DNA of 64,000 nucleotides from positions 188,544-252,543 of the forward strand of contig OZ242335.1 of assembly GCA_965208425.1 (NCBI GenBank), read 5' to 3'. Source of the stretch: Candidatus Poribacteria bacterium. Its GTDB lineage: Bacteria > Poribacteria > WGA-4E > PCPOR2b. This document shows positions 20,503-29,459 of the stretch, piece by piece (the stretch's first letter is position 1; each line of letters begins with the position of its first letter). The translations under genes and the position numbers were made by a program. Below the pieces are notes generated by a model. The model was not told where the DNA came from, did no database searches, and was given only the letters and a program-made list of their open reading frames with translations.

Positions 20503-20850
20503 GGGAGCGGAAAATTCTTGAGGGCAGTTGCTCTCTCCGACAAACCAAACATTGAGTTCCTAAACGCAATCTTCATCAATACTTGGGTACTCAATACAGA
20601 TATGAAACGGCTCCGCGATGCACAAGGGATGGACGCTATCCCTCCCTTAGCGCGGGCAATCATGCAGGGACGGAAGCAATACTCACCCGTAGACTGTCTA
20701 ATTATCTCTCCTGAACTTGAACTTCTAGGACGGCAACCGGTGAATGAGCTTGCATCAAAGAATGCATCGAAGAATTACCGCACATTTCTGGTTGAAGCGT
20801 TAACAAGAAAACACCCCGGATTGAAAGAGAATAACACAATGTCCCGATAA
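20503..20850 (+). other. same-frame continuation of 19657..20502 past the UGA (GSGKFLRAVALSDKPNIEFLNAIFINTW...); candidate selenocysteine read-through or disrupted gene
   Basis: No stop between 20503 and 20850 in the frame of the upstream ORF. The TTG-initiated track ORF 20518..20850 has no RBS of its own. Confidence 0.35.
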
Positions 20851-20979
20851 TCGGGTCTAGGAACCCCCTCCTACACATGTTATCATAATTTAACCCAAAA
20901 GATAGTGTTACTTACATTAATTGAGGGATTGCAGAAGGAATCAGAAGAAGTGTCTGATGGGGCGTGTAGTGGAGCGAAG

Positions 20980-21450
20980 TTATAACCGTCGCAGCAGTGC
21001 GGATAAGAAGATTACGACTAACCCCAAAATGAGCGTCAAGTTCAGCCACGGTGCAGGACGTTTCTGAATCGGTGCGAAAACAGGATAGGGGAACGTCAGC
21101 AACACGCCGAAGGTAAATATGATAAAGACGATAAAGAGCTTAATCCCCAATACAATGATATATGTGGAAAGATTCTCAATGGGTTCTTTGGGGGCATCTT
21201 GAGACAAGGAACCCGTTGATCTCAGGAAGGCGATAAAGTTGTAAACACCTGAGAACAGAATTGTCAACAACGCAGTCCAGATAACGATCCTGAATCGGCG
21301 CAATGCTGCTTCTAGGAGTTTGGGGCCCTGGTCTTCGGGAAGTGCCTTGACAGCAGGCAATAGAATGACGCGGAGGAAGAAAAAACCGCCAATCAACAGC
21401 ACAACCGATCCGACGTGGATCCATTGTATCAAAGCAGGTAGGAATGTCAT
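20980..21450 (-). CDS. hypothetical integral membrane protein (4 predicted TM helices)
   Basis: Hydrophobic 156-aa ORF. Confidence 0.55.
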   Translation of the reverse strand: MTFLPALIQWIHVGSVVLLIGGFFFLRVILLPAVKALPEDQGPKLLEAALRRFRIVIWTALLTILFSGVYNFIAFLRSTGSLSQDAPKEPIENLSTYIIVLGIKLFIVFIIFTFGVLLTFPYPVFAPIQKRPAPWLNLTLILGLVVIFLSALLRRL

Positions 21451-21469
21451 AGGTGTCTAATAGGTTGAA

Positions 21470-22702
21470 TCAAGCGGGCGGTGAATGTCTCTGCGTTTGC
21501 CTGCGTTGTCCCCAGCACCTGACTACGCCTGCACCGAGAAGTAACAGTAGTCCCATCGACCAAAACATCGGTGAGAAATCGAGCCAGCCAATCAGGAATC
21601 CTCCCAAGATAGGACCGACAACCTTGCCAGCATTTTTGAGTGTACCAATCAAGCCCATCCCCGCGCCAATGTGTAGTGCACTAATGTGTGTAGATACGAG
21701 TGCCACTGTGGATGGAAAGATAAGGGCTTGTGCGGCACCAATCAATACCGCCAGCGCCATCAAGCCCAAAATACTGTGCATCAATGTAATCAACGGGAGC
21801 GCAATGCCTGCGAGAACCATTCCCACACATATTGCCCCAAAATATCCCAAGCGATCGCCAATCCATCCTCCAACAGGTTTTAACACCATGTGTACCCCCT
21901 CCTGCATCGAGAAGAAAGCTCCTACCAAGGCAACACTAATCCCTGTAGAAAGAGCATAGATAGGCAAAAATGCTTTGACGGCATAGAGAGCAATAAACAC
22001 GGTTGCTTCTAGCCCACCCGATAGCCAGACAGATGGCGTATGTGTGCCGGACTTTAGGGCATGAACAATCTGCTGACCAATCGGGGGACGGACAGCTTTG
22101 ACGCGTGGCGCAGGTTCTGAGAGTAATAGAATCGGAACAAAAGCGAGGCAGCTAAACAGTCCGATGATGGTAAAAACATTGACAGGACTCATTCCTGTTG
22201 CCAATAGCCAACCCGCAGCCGCTGGTCCGACAATATAGCCCGCGCTGCGAGCCATACCGAACCAGCCCAACTTCTCCGCTAGGCGGTCTTTTACTCCTTC
22301 CGCCACGAAGGCGAGGGTCACGGGACCGTAGATGGCTGTGGCTAAACCGTGGATAATGCGTATGCCAAACAGTTCTGCAGGGGTATGGACAAAACGATAC
22401 AGAAAGGGCATACCAGCAAAAAACACGGTCCCAACAATCAGCCACCAACGCCGTCCCCAGCGATCAGAAAGTATCCCAATCCCTGGTTTGAGAACCATGC
22501 CCGTCAGGGTAGAGACAGAGACAATAAACCCAAGAAACGCATCGGTCGCCCCCAGCGTCATTGCGAAGATCGGCAGGAGCGGTGTCTTTCCCATCTGATA
22601 AGCGGAACGCACAATAAAATCAGCGCCCGTGATACTGATGAAATTGAGCGGGCGCTTCATCACCAGATTTAAGGTAGATGTGTAGAAATTAAGTTGGCGC
22701 AT
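21470..22702 (-). CDS. MFS transporter
   Basis: Twelve hydrophobic segments. MFS motif region GILSDRWGRR. An alternative start at 22660 (MKRPLNF) is possible. Confidence 0.85.
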   Translation of the reverse strand: MRQLNFYTSTLNLVMKRPLNFISITGADFIVRSAYQMGKTPLLPIFAMTLGATDAFLGFIVSVSTLTGMVLKPGIGILSDRWGRRWWLIVGTVFFAGMPFLYRFVHTPAELFGIRIIHGLATAIYGPVTLAFVAEGVKDRLAEKLGWFGMARSAGYIVGPAAAGWLLATGMSPVNVFTIIGLFSCLAFVPILLLSEPAPRVKAVRPPIGQQIVHALKSGTHTPSVWLSGGLEATVFIALYAVKAFLPIYALSTGISVALVGAFFSMQEGVHMVLKPVGGWIGDRLGYFGAICVGMVLAGIALPLITLMHSILGLMALAVLIGAAQALIFPSTVALVSTHISALHIGAGMGLIGTLKNAGKVVGPILGGFLIGWLDFSPMFWSMGLLLLLGAGVVRCWGQRRQTQRHSPPA

Positions 22703-22728
22703 CAGTAGAGATAAAAATTTTGTGCGAT

Positions 22729-23046
22729 TTAATCAGTCAGATGAGAAACGGGAGGCAGATACTGACAGGTTGGAATAGTTTTAAGTTTCTCCTCCAGAGC
22801 ATCCTTTGCAACTTCAAGGTTATAATGCGCTTGCAGGTTGGACCACAGAGAATCGGAAACCCCAAAGTAGCGAGAAAGAAGTAATGCTGTCTCTGCAGAT
22901 ATACGCCGCTGTTCTTTGATAATCACTGTAATTCGATTCACCGGCACACCAATATCCTTTGCTAACCGGTAGGGAGTAATTCTCATCGGCTTTAGAAAAT
23001 CTTCTCTTAGGATTTCACCCGGATGAGTTGGTTGAATAACAGACAT
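22729..23046 (-). CDS. higA: HigA-family antitoxin (XRE-type HTH)
   Basis: HPGEILREDFLKPM...YRLAKDIGVPVNRITVIIKEQRRISAETALLLSRYFGVS..WSNLQ..YNL matches the HigA (COG3093) pattern. AGGAG SD. Confidence 0.8.
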   Translation of the reverse strand: MSVIQPTHPGEILREDFLKPMRITPYRLAKDIGVPVNRITVIIKEQRRISAETALLLSRYFGVSDSLWSNLQAHYNLEVAKDALEEKLKTIPTCQYLPPVSHLTD

Positions 23047-23063
23047 TTTTCGCTCCTTGGGGA

Positions 23064-23150
23064 TTAGTGATAATCAACAATTTCTACGTTGTAGGCATTG
23101 CCATTCCTGAACTCAAAGCAGACACGCCATTGACGATTAATACGGATACT
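23064..23150 (-). pseudogene. higB: HigB-family toxin remnant (C-terminal ~28 codons only)
   Basis: My minus-strand translation gives ...YSIRINRQWRVCFEFRNGNAYNVEIVDYH*. This matches the C-terminus of Proteus-type HigB (..ANWRITFQFINGDAYILNYEDYH). An in-frame TAG sits immediately upstream, and nothing HigB-like lies further upstream. Confidence 0.5.
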
Positions 23151-23371
23151 ATACTAGTCTTGCCTATCACCTCTCAATTTCTCAAGCCGATTAGCAGGTG
23201 GTACACTTAGGTCCGCTAACTGATTTGCCGCATGCAGATAATTCAGTTTTCTTAGTGCCACGGAAGCTAAATTCCGCCATTCGGGCGCAACTCTGCTGCG
23301 ATTAAAGAGGTGCTTCGTTAAATGTCCGCTAGTAAAGATGCATTAATCTTGATATTTTTTAGGTGGCTCAT

Positions 23372-23462
23372 GTAAAAGGAAAGTGCAAAGCACGAAGAGA
23401 AACCGAGTTTTGCCGAAAAAACTCGGTTTCTTTGCACTAAATCTTAACATGAGCGTTTTAGG
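23372..23462. mobile_element. MITE family 2, short form (~90 bp)
   Basis: ctcatgtaaaaggaaagtgcaaagcacgaagagaaaccgagttttgccgaaaaaactcggtttctttgcactaaatcttaacatgagcg. Confidence 0.6.
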
Positions 23463-26400
23463 TTACAACGGCTGGCACATTGGCTTCACTGATGAGGTTG
23501 TTAAAAGCAGCGACATCTTCCTCAATCACTGACTTGAGTTGATCCAATTGGGCATCGATCTGGCTTGACAACTCTTCAAAGAGCTCATACGCCTGTTTCG
23601 GCGGGGCGAAGTCAGCAACTGCCACGACGCTAGTCAATCCGGCGAGCTTACCGATTAACATGGTAGGCAGCCGAAGTCGATCGCCGATGGTATCCGCTCC
23701 GGTCTGTATCAACTCCCCTTCGATGGCTTTCAGTTTTTCCTGTAAGGCTTCAGCAGCTTCACAGATTGCTTCGGCGTTGGTATCCTCCCCCGCATCTGCG
23801 CGTTTCTTCCACTCATTCGCCTGTCGCTGTATTCGGCGGAGGCGATTAATCGCTTCGTGTGTTTCTGACAGCTTATCACGAATCTGACTCCACAACTCAA
23901 ACTGAGCATCGAAATCTGCTTGACTAGCCGTCACTCGTGGATCTTTGCAAATCTCAAACGTCTGCGTCTGCGCTTGCGCACCAACCTTGAGTTGTGTCTG
24001 ATAGGTTCCCGGTGAGGCGAGCGGTCCATTATTCGGCTTATCTGGTGGCGCCTCCTGTTTGCCACTTGGTGGTTCCGTCACCGCTTCCGAGTCTGGATAG
24101 GACATATCCCACACAAAGCGATTCAATCCCGGTTCCGCGGGAATATAGCGATCGTCCTTATTGTCTGAGTCTGCTTCATCATCTTCAGCGTCTTCAGGTT
24201 TAGTAGTGAATGTTTTGATTTCTGCTCCGTCGGCGTCGAGGAACGTAAGTTCGACGGAATCAGCGGAGGTGTCTTCCAACAAGTAGTAGACAATCACCCC
24301 CTGCGGTGGTCCTTCTCCGGCATCGAGGAATCTGCGGGTGCGTTCCCCTTCAGGCGATTTTTCCAGATAGAAGGTTGCAGCGGCACCTAACCCCATCAGA
24401 TAGTTCTTTCCTGTTTCGCTGCGGAACATACCCGCGCCCCATTGCAACCATCGACGATAGGTAGCGCGAGGCTCGAACAGGTGGGGTGAAGCCTGCGCTG
24501 CCTCTGCTGACATGTGGCGTAGCGGCGTTACATCGTCCAAAATCCAGAAAGATCTGCCGTGAGTGCCAGCGACCAGATCCCCGTCCTTGATCTTTAGGTC
24601 GTAGACAGGGACGACCGGGAGATTGTTTTGTAAACGGTACCAATTCGCTCCATCGTCCAACGAGACATAGATTCCGGTTTCGGTGCCGACATAGAGGAGA
24701 CCGGACCGAACCGGATCTTCTCGAATCACACGGGTAATCTCGCCTTCAGGGAAACTCCCACTAATTATATGCCACGTCTGCCCATAATCGTCTGTCTTAT
24801 ACAGATAGGGTTGATAATCATCCAGCTTGTATCGGGTGACTGCCACATACGCTGTCGCCGGGTCGTGTGGCGAGGTTTCGATATTGCTGATTAATGACCA
24901 CTCAAGCAGGTCCGGCGGAGTGATATTTTCCCAACTTTGTCCCTCATCTCTAGAGATGTGAATCAAGCCATCATCGCTGCCAGCCCAAAAGACACCGGAT
25001 TCGTGTGACGATTCAACAAAGGCGTACACCGTCCCGTAATGCTCCGCACCGCTGGCATCTTTTGTGATGGGACCGCCTGATGGTCCAAGTTTGGTTACAT
25101 CATTACGGGTCAAATCTGGACTGATTGGTTCCCAACTGCTGCCTTCGTCCGTCGAGCGGAAGATTATATTTCCCGCTACATACAGGACGCCCGGATTGTG
25201 GGGTGAGAACGCAATAGGAAACGTCCAAGAGAAGCGATACTTAAGATCTTTTGGTCCTAAGCCGATATACTCTTCGGGCCAAACGTTGACCAAGCGGATC
25301 TGACGGGTGTGATGGTCGTAGCGTTGGAGCACCCCACTACCGCCCGGCGAGCTACCTATCGCACCGATGTAGGCGATATCGGGATTTTCGGGGTGAACCA
25401 CAATGTCACCACTTTCGCCGGTGCCAACCGGGTAACAGTCAACCCAGTGGATACCGCCATATTCACTCGCGCTTGGGGCACAGATACTGGAGTTATCCTG
25501 TTGTGTAGCGTAGACACGGTAGGGGAACCGGTTGTCGGTGTCAATGCGGTAGAACTGCGAGGTAAGTTGGTTGTAGATGGTTGTCCAGCTATCACCCCCG
25601 TTGAACGAGACACATGCACCGCCGTCGTTGCCTTCAATCATGCGTCGGGGGTTGTTCGAATCGATCCACAGATCGTGATTATCCCCGTGCGGCGTGGTGA
25701 TCTCCGTAAAGGTATGCCCTCCGTCGGTTGACTTCCACATCTTGAGATTCAGGACATATACGGTATCTGGATCTTGTGGGTCGGCGAAGATATGACAGTA
25801 GTAAAAGGGGCGATGCCACAGATCGCGGTTATCTGTCAACAGTTCCCACGTTTCCCCGCCATCGTCTGAACGGTGCAGCCCGCCCTTCTCCGCTTCGACG
25901 ATTGCCCAGACCCGATCGGATTGGGCAGGAGAGGAAGCGACACCAATCTTACCAATAAGCCCCTTGGGAAGGCCGGGTTTATTCGTGAGTTCCTCCCAAG
26001 TATCGCCGCCGTCTGTTGATTTGTAAAGGCTGCTATCGGGTCCACCGCTCGACAGTTCCCAAAAGTTGCGATAGGTTTCCCATATCGTTGCGTAGAGAAT
26101 GCGGGGGTTATGCGGATCCATTGCAAGGTCAACAGCACCCGCTTTTTCGCTGCGAAACAGGATATTTTCCCAAGTTGTCCCACCATCTTTGGAGCGAAAG
26201 ACACCGCGTTCTTCGTTTGGTCCAAAGGCATGCCCCAAGGCTGCCACATAGACTAGATCGGGGTTCTGCGGATGAATGCGAATTTTGCCGATATGACGGG
26301 TTTCCTTCAATCCGACATTTTCCCAAGCTTTACCGCCATCGGTGGACTTGTACACCCCATCGCCGTAGGAGACATCGAGGCGAATTGTAGTTTCGCCGGT

Positions 26401-26664
26401 GCCTGCGTAGATAACATTTGGATCTGCATCTGCCACCGCGATAGCGCCTACCGCAGCACTATTGAAGAACTCGTCTGTGATGTTTTCCCAGTATGTTCCT
26501 GCGTCGTCAGTCTTCCAGACACCGCCAGCACACGCGCCGAAGTAAAAGACTGCCGGCTCTGTGGGATGTCCCGCTACCGCAACAACACGCCCACCCCGTG
26601 GTGGACCGATACAACGCCATTTGAGTGATTGAAATAAATTTGAATCTGATTGAGAATTGCTCAT
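23458..26664 (-). CDS. BNR/Asp-box (Sortilin/VPS10-like) repeat glycosyl-hydrolase-like protein
   Basis: Multiple S-x-D-G-G-x-T-W Asp-box repeats (STDGGKAW, SKDGGTTW, STDGGDTW, SDDGGETW, STDGGHTF...). I re-called the start at ATG 26664 (MSNSQSDSNLF...). The track ORF reads on into MITE1. Confidence 0.75.
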   Translation of the reverse strand: MSNSQSDSNLFQSLKWRCIGPPRGGRVVAVAGHPTEPAVFYFGACAGGVWKTDDAGTYWENITDEFFNSAAVGAIAVADADPNVIYAGTGETTIRLDVSYGDGVYKSTDGGKAWENVGLKETRHIGKIRIHPQNPDLVYVAALGHAFGPNEERGVFRSKDGGTTWENILFRSEKAGAVDLAMDPHNPRILYATIWETYRNFWELSSGGPDSSLYKSTDGGDTWEELTNKPGLPKGLIGKIGVASSPAQSDRVWAIVEAEKGGLHRSDDGGETWELLTDNRDLWHRPFYYCHIFADPQDPDTVYVLNLKMWKSTDGGHTFTEITTPHGDNHDLWIDSNNPRRMIEGNDGGACVSFNGGDSWTTIYNQLTSQFYRIDTDNRFPYRVYATQQDNSSICAPSASEYGGIHWVDCYPVGTGESGDIVVHPENPDIAYIGAIGSSPGGSGVLQRYDHHTRQIRLVNVWPEEYIGLGPKDLKYRFSWTFPIAFSPHNPGVLYVAGNIIFRSTDEGSSWEPISPDLTRNDVTKLGPSGGPITKDASGAEHYGTVYAFVESSHESGVFWAGSDDGLIHISRDEGQSWENITPPDLLEWSLISNIETSPHDPATAYVAVTRYKLDDYQPYLYKTDDYGQTWHIISGSFPEGEITRVIREDPVRSGLLYVGTETGIYVSLDDGANWYRLQNNLPVVPVYDLKIKDGDLVAGTHGRSFWILDDVTPLRHMSAEAAQASPHLFEPRATYRRWLQWGAGMFRSETGKNYLMGLGAAATFYLEKSPEGERTRRFLDAGEGPPQGVIVYYLLEDTSADSVELTFLDADGAEIKTFTTKPEDAEDDEADSDNKDDRYIPAEPGLNRFVWDMSYPDSEAVTEPPSGKQEAPPDKPNNGPLASPGTYQTQLKVGAQAQTQTFEICKDPRVTASQADFDAQFELWSQIRDKLSETHEAINRLRRIQRQANEWKKRADAGEDTNAEAICEAAEALQEKLKAIEGELIQTGADTIGDRLRLPTMLIGKLAGLTSVVAVADFAPPKQAYELFEELSSQIDAQLDQLKSVIEEDVAAFNNLISEANVPAVVT

Positions 26665-26734
26665 GCTCTGTTTTCCTTTATTGTTGGGTATGAGATTTTG
26701 TGGCGAACGCAGATCTGCGTTCCCTACTGTAGTG

Positions 26735-26822
26735 GATTTTAGAATTAATGAGACACTGCCAATCGGTGAGGTTGGAAACCTCACCTACCGGGGAGCGCAA
26801 GTGTCTATTTATTTTGAGCCTC
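26735..26822. mobile_element. MITE family 1, short form
   Basis: ttttagaattaatgagacactgccaatcggtgaggttggaaacctcacctaccggggagcgcaagtgtctatttatttt. Confidence 0.6.
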
Positions 26823-27066
26823 CACCATAATCCGTTTTTTCGTCGAAGTCTAGGGCGACAAATCGGTAACCGATTGTTTTCATCCGCTCCACAATTGTTT
26901 CTCGTATCTGAATGGCTCTGTCGAAATCAGATTCTGCTACCTGTATCCGCACGATTTTTCTGTGAGGATAGATTGATGCTTCTGGGATGCCAAGTTCGGA
27001 TAAACACTGCTGGGCGAGCGCCACCATTTCATCTTCGTTGAGTTTTTGGGTTGTATTTGATTGCAT
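26809..27066 (-). pseudogene. LarE-like PP-loop ATPase C-terminal fragment (85-aa ORF; probable gene remnant)
   Basis: ...KIVRIQVAESDFDRAIQIRETIVERMKTIGYRFVALDFDE resembles the C-terminal tail of LarE-type enzymes (..ARIEV..DEF.....R..V...K.LGFKYVSLDLEGY). The N-terminal PP-loop domain is absent. The 3' end of the ORF lies inside MITE1. Confidence 0.35.
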
Positions 27067-27187
27067 ATATTCACTTTCTATTGGCTGATGAACCTAATTA
27101 CCGATTTGAAAGTGTAGCAGAAATGGTGATGGGGATCAATATTAATTTTGTTGTATCATAGGAAATCGGAATTGGATAGGGTCATTT

Positions 27188-27350
27188 ATGGTAGGTCTTG
27201 GAATTAATGAGACACTCCAAATTGGTAGGTGCTGTTTCTAACTGCGCCGTTTGAACCCACCCAACGGTGTGTATGCGATGTGGTTTTTAACCGCACCAAC
27301 CGGGGAGCGCAAGTGTCCATTTATTTTTAGAATCCACCACAGTAAATCCT
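27188..27350. mobile_element. MITE family 1 copy, full length
   Basis: tggtaggtcttggaattaatgagacactccaaattggtaggtgctgtttctaactgcgcc ... gtgtccatttatttttagaatccaccac. Confidence 0.7.
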
Positions 27351-27834
27351 AAAAGTGTTAGATTTTGTTAGAATTTGCCAAGGGGACCGTTAAAATTTTG
27401 GCTCAATTTTTTATCTAACGCATCAATTTTTTTGACAACGGCGTGTCTTCCGCCCCAACGGGGCGGTATGTCTATAGAATAGCAGATATACCCAATCCTC
27501 CCGCTCCAGAGGAGCGCAATGTGTATCATTAGTAGCGTAGGTTGGGTTGAACGGGTCAAACCCAATCCCTATCAAGGACGGTAGAGATTTCGGGTTTCAA
27601 AAACACTGTTTTGTAGATAGAGACAGTGAAACCCAACACTTCTAGACGCTGCCTATGAAATGTTGGGTTTCACTCGATTTGTGAGCTTTCAACCCGAATC
27701 CTCCCTCCAACACCATTTGTCATGGGTAGCATTTTCATCGGTGCCGTTCAACCCAACTTACGGACTGCTACAGGACGTGGAGGCTCGACTGTAGTTGCCT
27801 GATTTATCAGGCAACCGTTGCCCATTTTCGCGCA

Positions 27835-28005
27835 TCAGGTTGGTAGGCGCAATTAGAAACAGTGCCTACCAAACGGTAAAACGGTTATAAATCCCCCTGA
27901 CAAGGGGGATTTAGGGGGTTGGTTGTACATGTCGCCCCTCTGGGGCTTTAGGGTATTTGTTTATCCGTATGCTATAAACATGTCGCCCCGCTGGGGCTAA
28001 ATGAA
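27835..28005. repeat. composite repeat: MITE1 internal fragment + ccccctgacaagggggatttagggggttgg + second hairpin-repeat doublet (acatgtcgcccc[g/t]ctggggct x2)
   Basis: Seen directly in the sequence. Confidence 0.5.
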
Positions 28006-28481
28006 CCGCCGAACCAATGGTTTTCACGTTTCACGCATCAAAGGGATAGGCGAAGGGTCTCATAGTGGCTCAGAGGTTTCAATCGCTTTCACGTGCGATT
28101 GCCCTCGAGTTGGCTTTCTTCCCTTGACAGGACCCCTCCGCCGTGCTACACTAGGGCTTACTGACATCTGGGACATAATAACGATATGTTAAAACCTTGT
28201 CGAGCAATGGTGTGGCATTTTTGCGACGAGGGTGTGGCACAGTTTCGACAACCGCTTCATGAACATGACACTCCCTTTGAAATTACGGTTCATATAAAAA
28301 AACAGATGCAAAGTTAGATTGAGAAAGGGTTTTCCGAAAAAATCGGTTTTGGCACAATGCGTTTCGCACGGTTCGGGATTGCTTTGGTATCTAAATTGCG
28401 TATGGTTGAGGTGCCAAGTGATTTTTATTTGGCAACGATTGTCATCGGATCTTATTTGACACCGTTGAAATATCAACATAA

Positions 28482-28700
28482 CCTAAACAGGACTTACGCA
28501 GTTGAACGGTCAAAGCGAACACCAGAAACGGTCGCGCAACACTCCGGGCTGGTTGAGCCAGGACTATAGCGCAATAGTCTTGGTATCTTCGGCGATTCAT
28601 CGCCGCTAGACACCGTTACCAGCACCCGATGAATCCCCGATAAATCGGGATTAAGAAACGGGCAACTACAATCTGGAGTGCGTAAGTCCTACTAAACTAT
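28482..28700. mobile_element. MITE family 3 copy (~215 bp; caggacttacgcagttgaacgg ... ctggagtgcgtaagtcctac)
   Basis: TIRs. Internal hairpin ggcgattcatcgcc. Contains cccgataaatcggg. Confidence 0.55.
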
Positions 28701-28768
28701 TGTGTGAAAAAGTCATGTGTTCAAACTGAATCATATTCCAGTCCCGAAAGGGTATCAAGGAGAAGATC

Positions 28769-29437
28769 ATGCACACCCATTTCTGCCACACCGCGTTTAT
28801 CTTGGCTTTATGTATACTCCTAGTGAGTTGCGGACCGCCACCTCAAACCGGCAAGCTGCCGCCTATCCCAAGTGCGAACCGTTCACAGCCTGCTTCAACT
28901 TCAGCACCGACGAAAACTCGGACCGCCTCAGCAATGTCTTCGGCGACACAAGGGTTGCCTGCTGCGGCTGCGGTTGATGTTACTAAGAAACCGCTCTTGA
29001 CAACGCTCTTCAGAAATGAACCTAATGTCAGTCGGCTTGATGATCTCTATGGGGCGACAAGAGGGAAAATTCAACACATCAGCATTGTATCTAACTGTAA
29101 TTTGGATGTGTTAAAAGCGTTTGTGGCAACAGGTTGGACTCCCATTTTCCGATCAAGACGCTCTGGCAAGGGGCACCTGACAGCGGTTATGGGATATGAC
29201 GATGGCGACCAGCAGGTTCAGATCGGAAACCCACTCGGCGTACGGAGACAAGGAGCGGGATCTAGGGGCAAGCGCCTGCTTAGTTACTCAGAGTTTGAGA
29301 AGGAATGGACAACTGGATCCGGAAATAAATGTGTGCTAGTCACACCAAAAAGGCTCCACGACGTGGAGATACATGCTGCTTTGAAGAAGTACCTCCCCGA
29401 AGAACAGGTCGCTCGGGTTCAGGTGAGGAGCCGATGA
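28769..29437 (+). CDS. hypothetical lipoprotein (signal LLVSCG; Ser/Thr/Pro-rich linker)
   Basis: 222-aa ORF with a signal peptide and lipobox. Confidence 0.6.
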   Translation: MHTHFCHTAFILALCILLVSCGPPPQTGKLPPIPSANRSQPASTSAPTKTRTASAMSSATQGLPAAAAVDVTKKPLLTTLFRNEPNVSRLDDLYGATRGKIQHISIVSNCNLDVLKAFVATGWTPIFRSRRSGKGHLTAVMGYDDGDQQVQIGNPLGVRRQGAGSRGKRLLSYSEFEKEWTTGSGNKCVLVTPKRLHDVEIHAALKKYLPEEQVARVQVRSR

Positions 29438-29459
29438 GAAAGGAACGTTTCACGCACCG

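Noticed and set aside
27434-27481. TTGACA ... TATAGAAT promoter-like hexamers
   Set aside because: The spacer of ~37 nt is far outside the functional range; it contains a GC hairpin instead.
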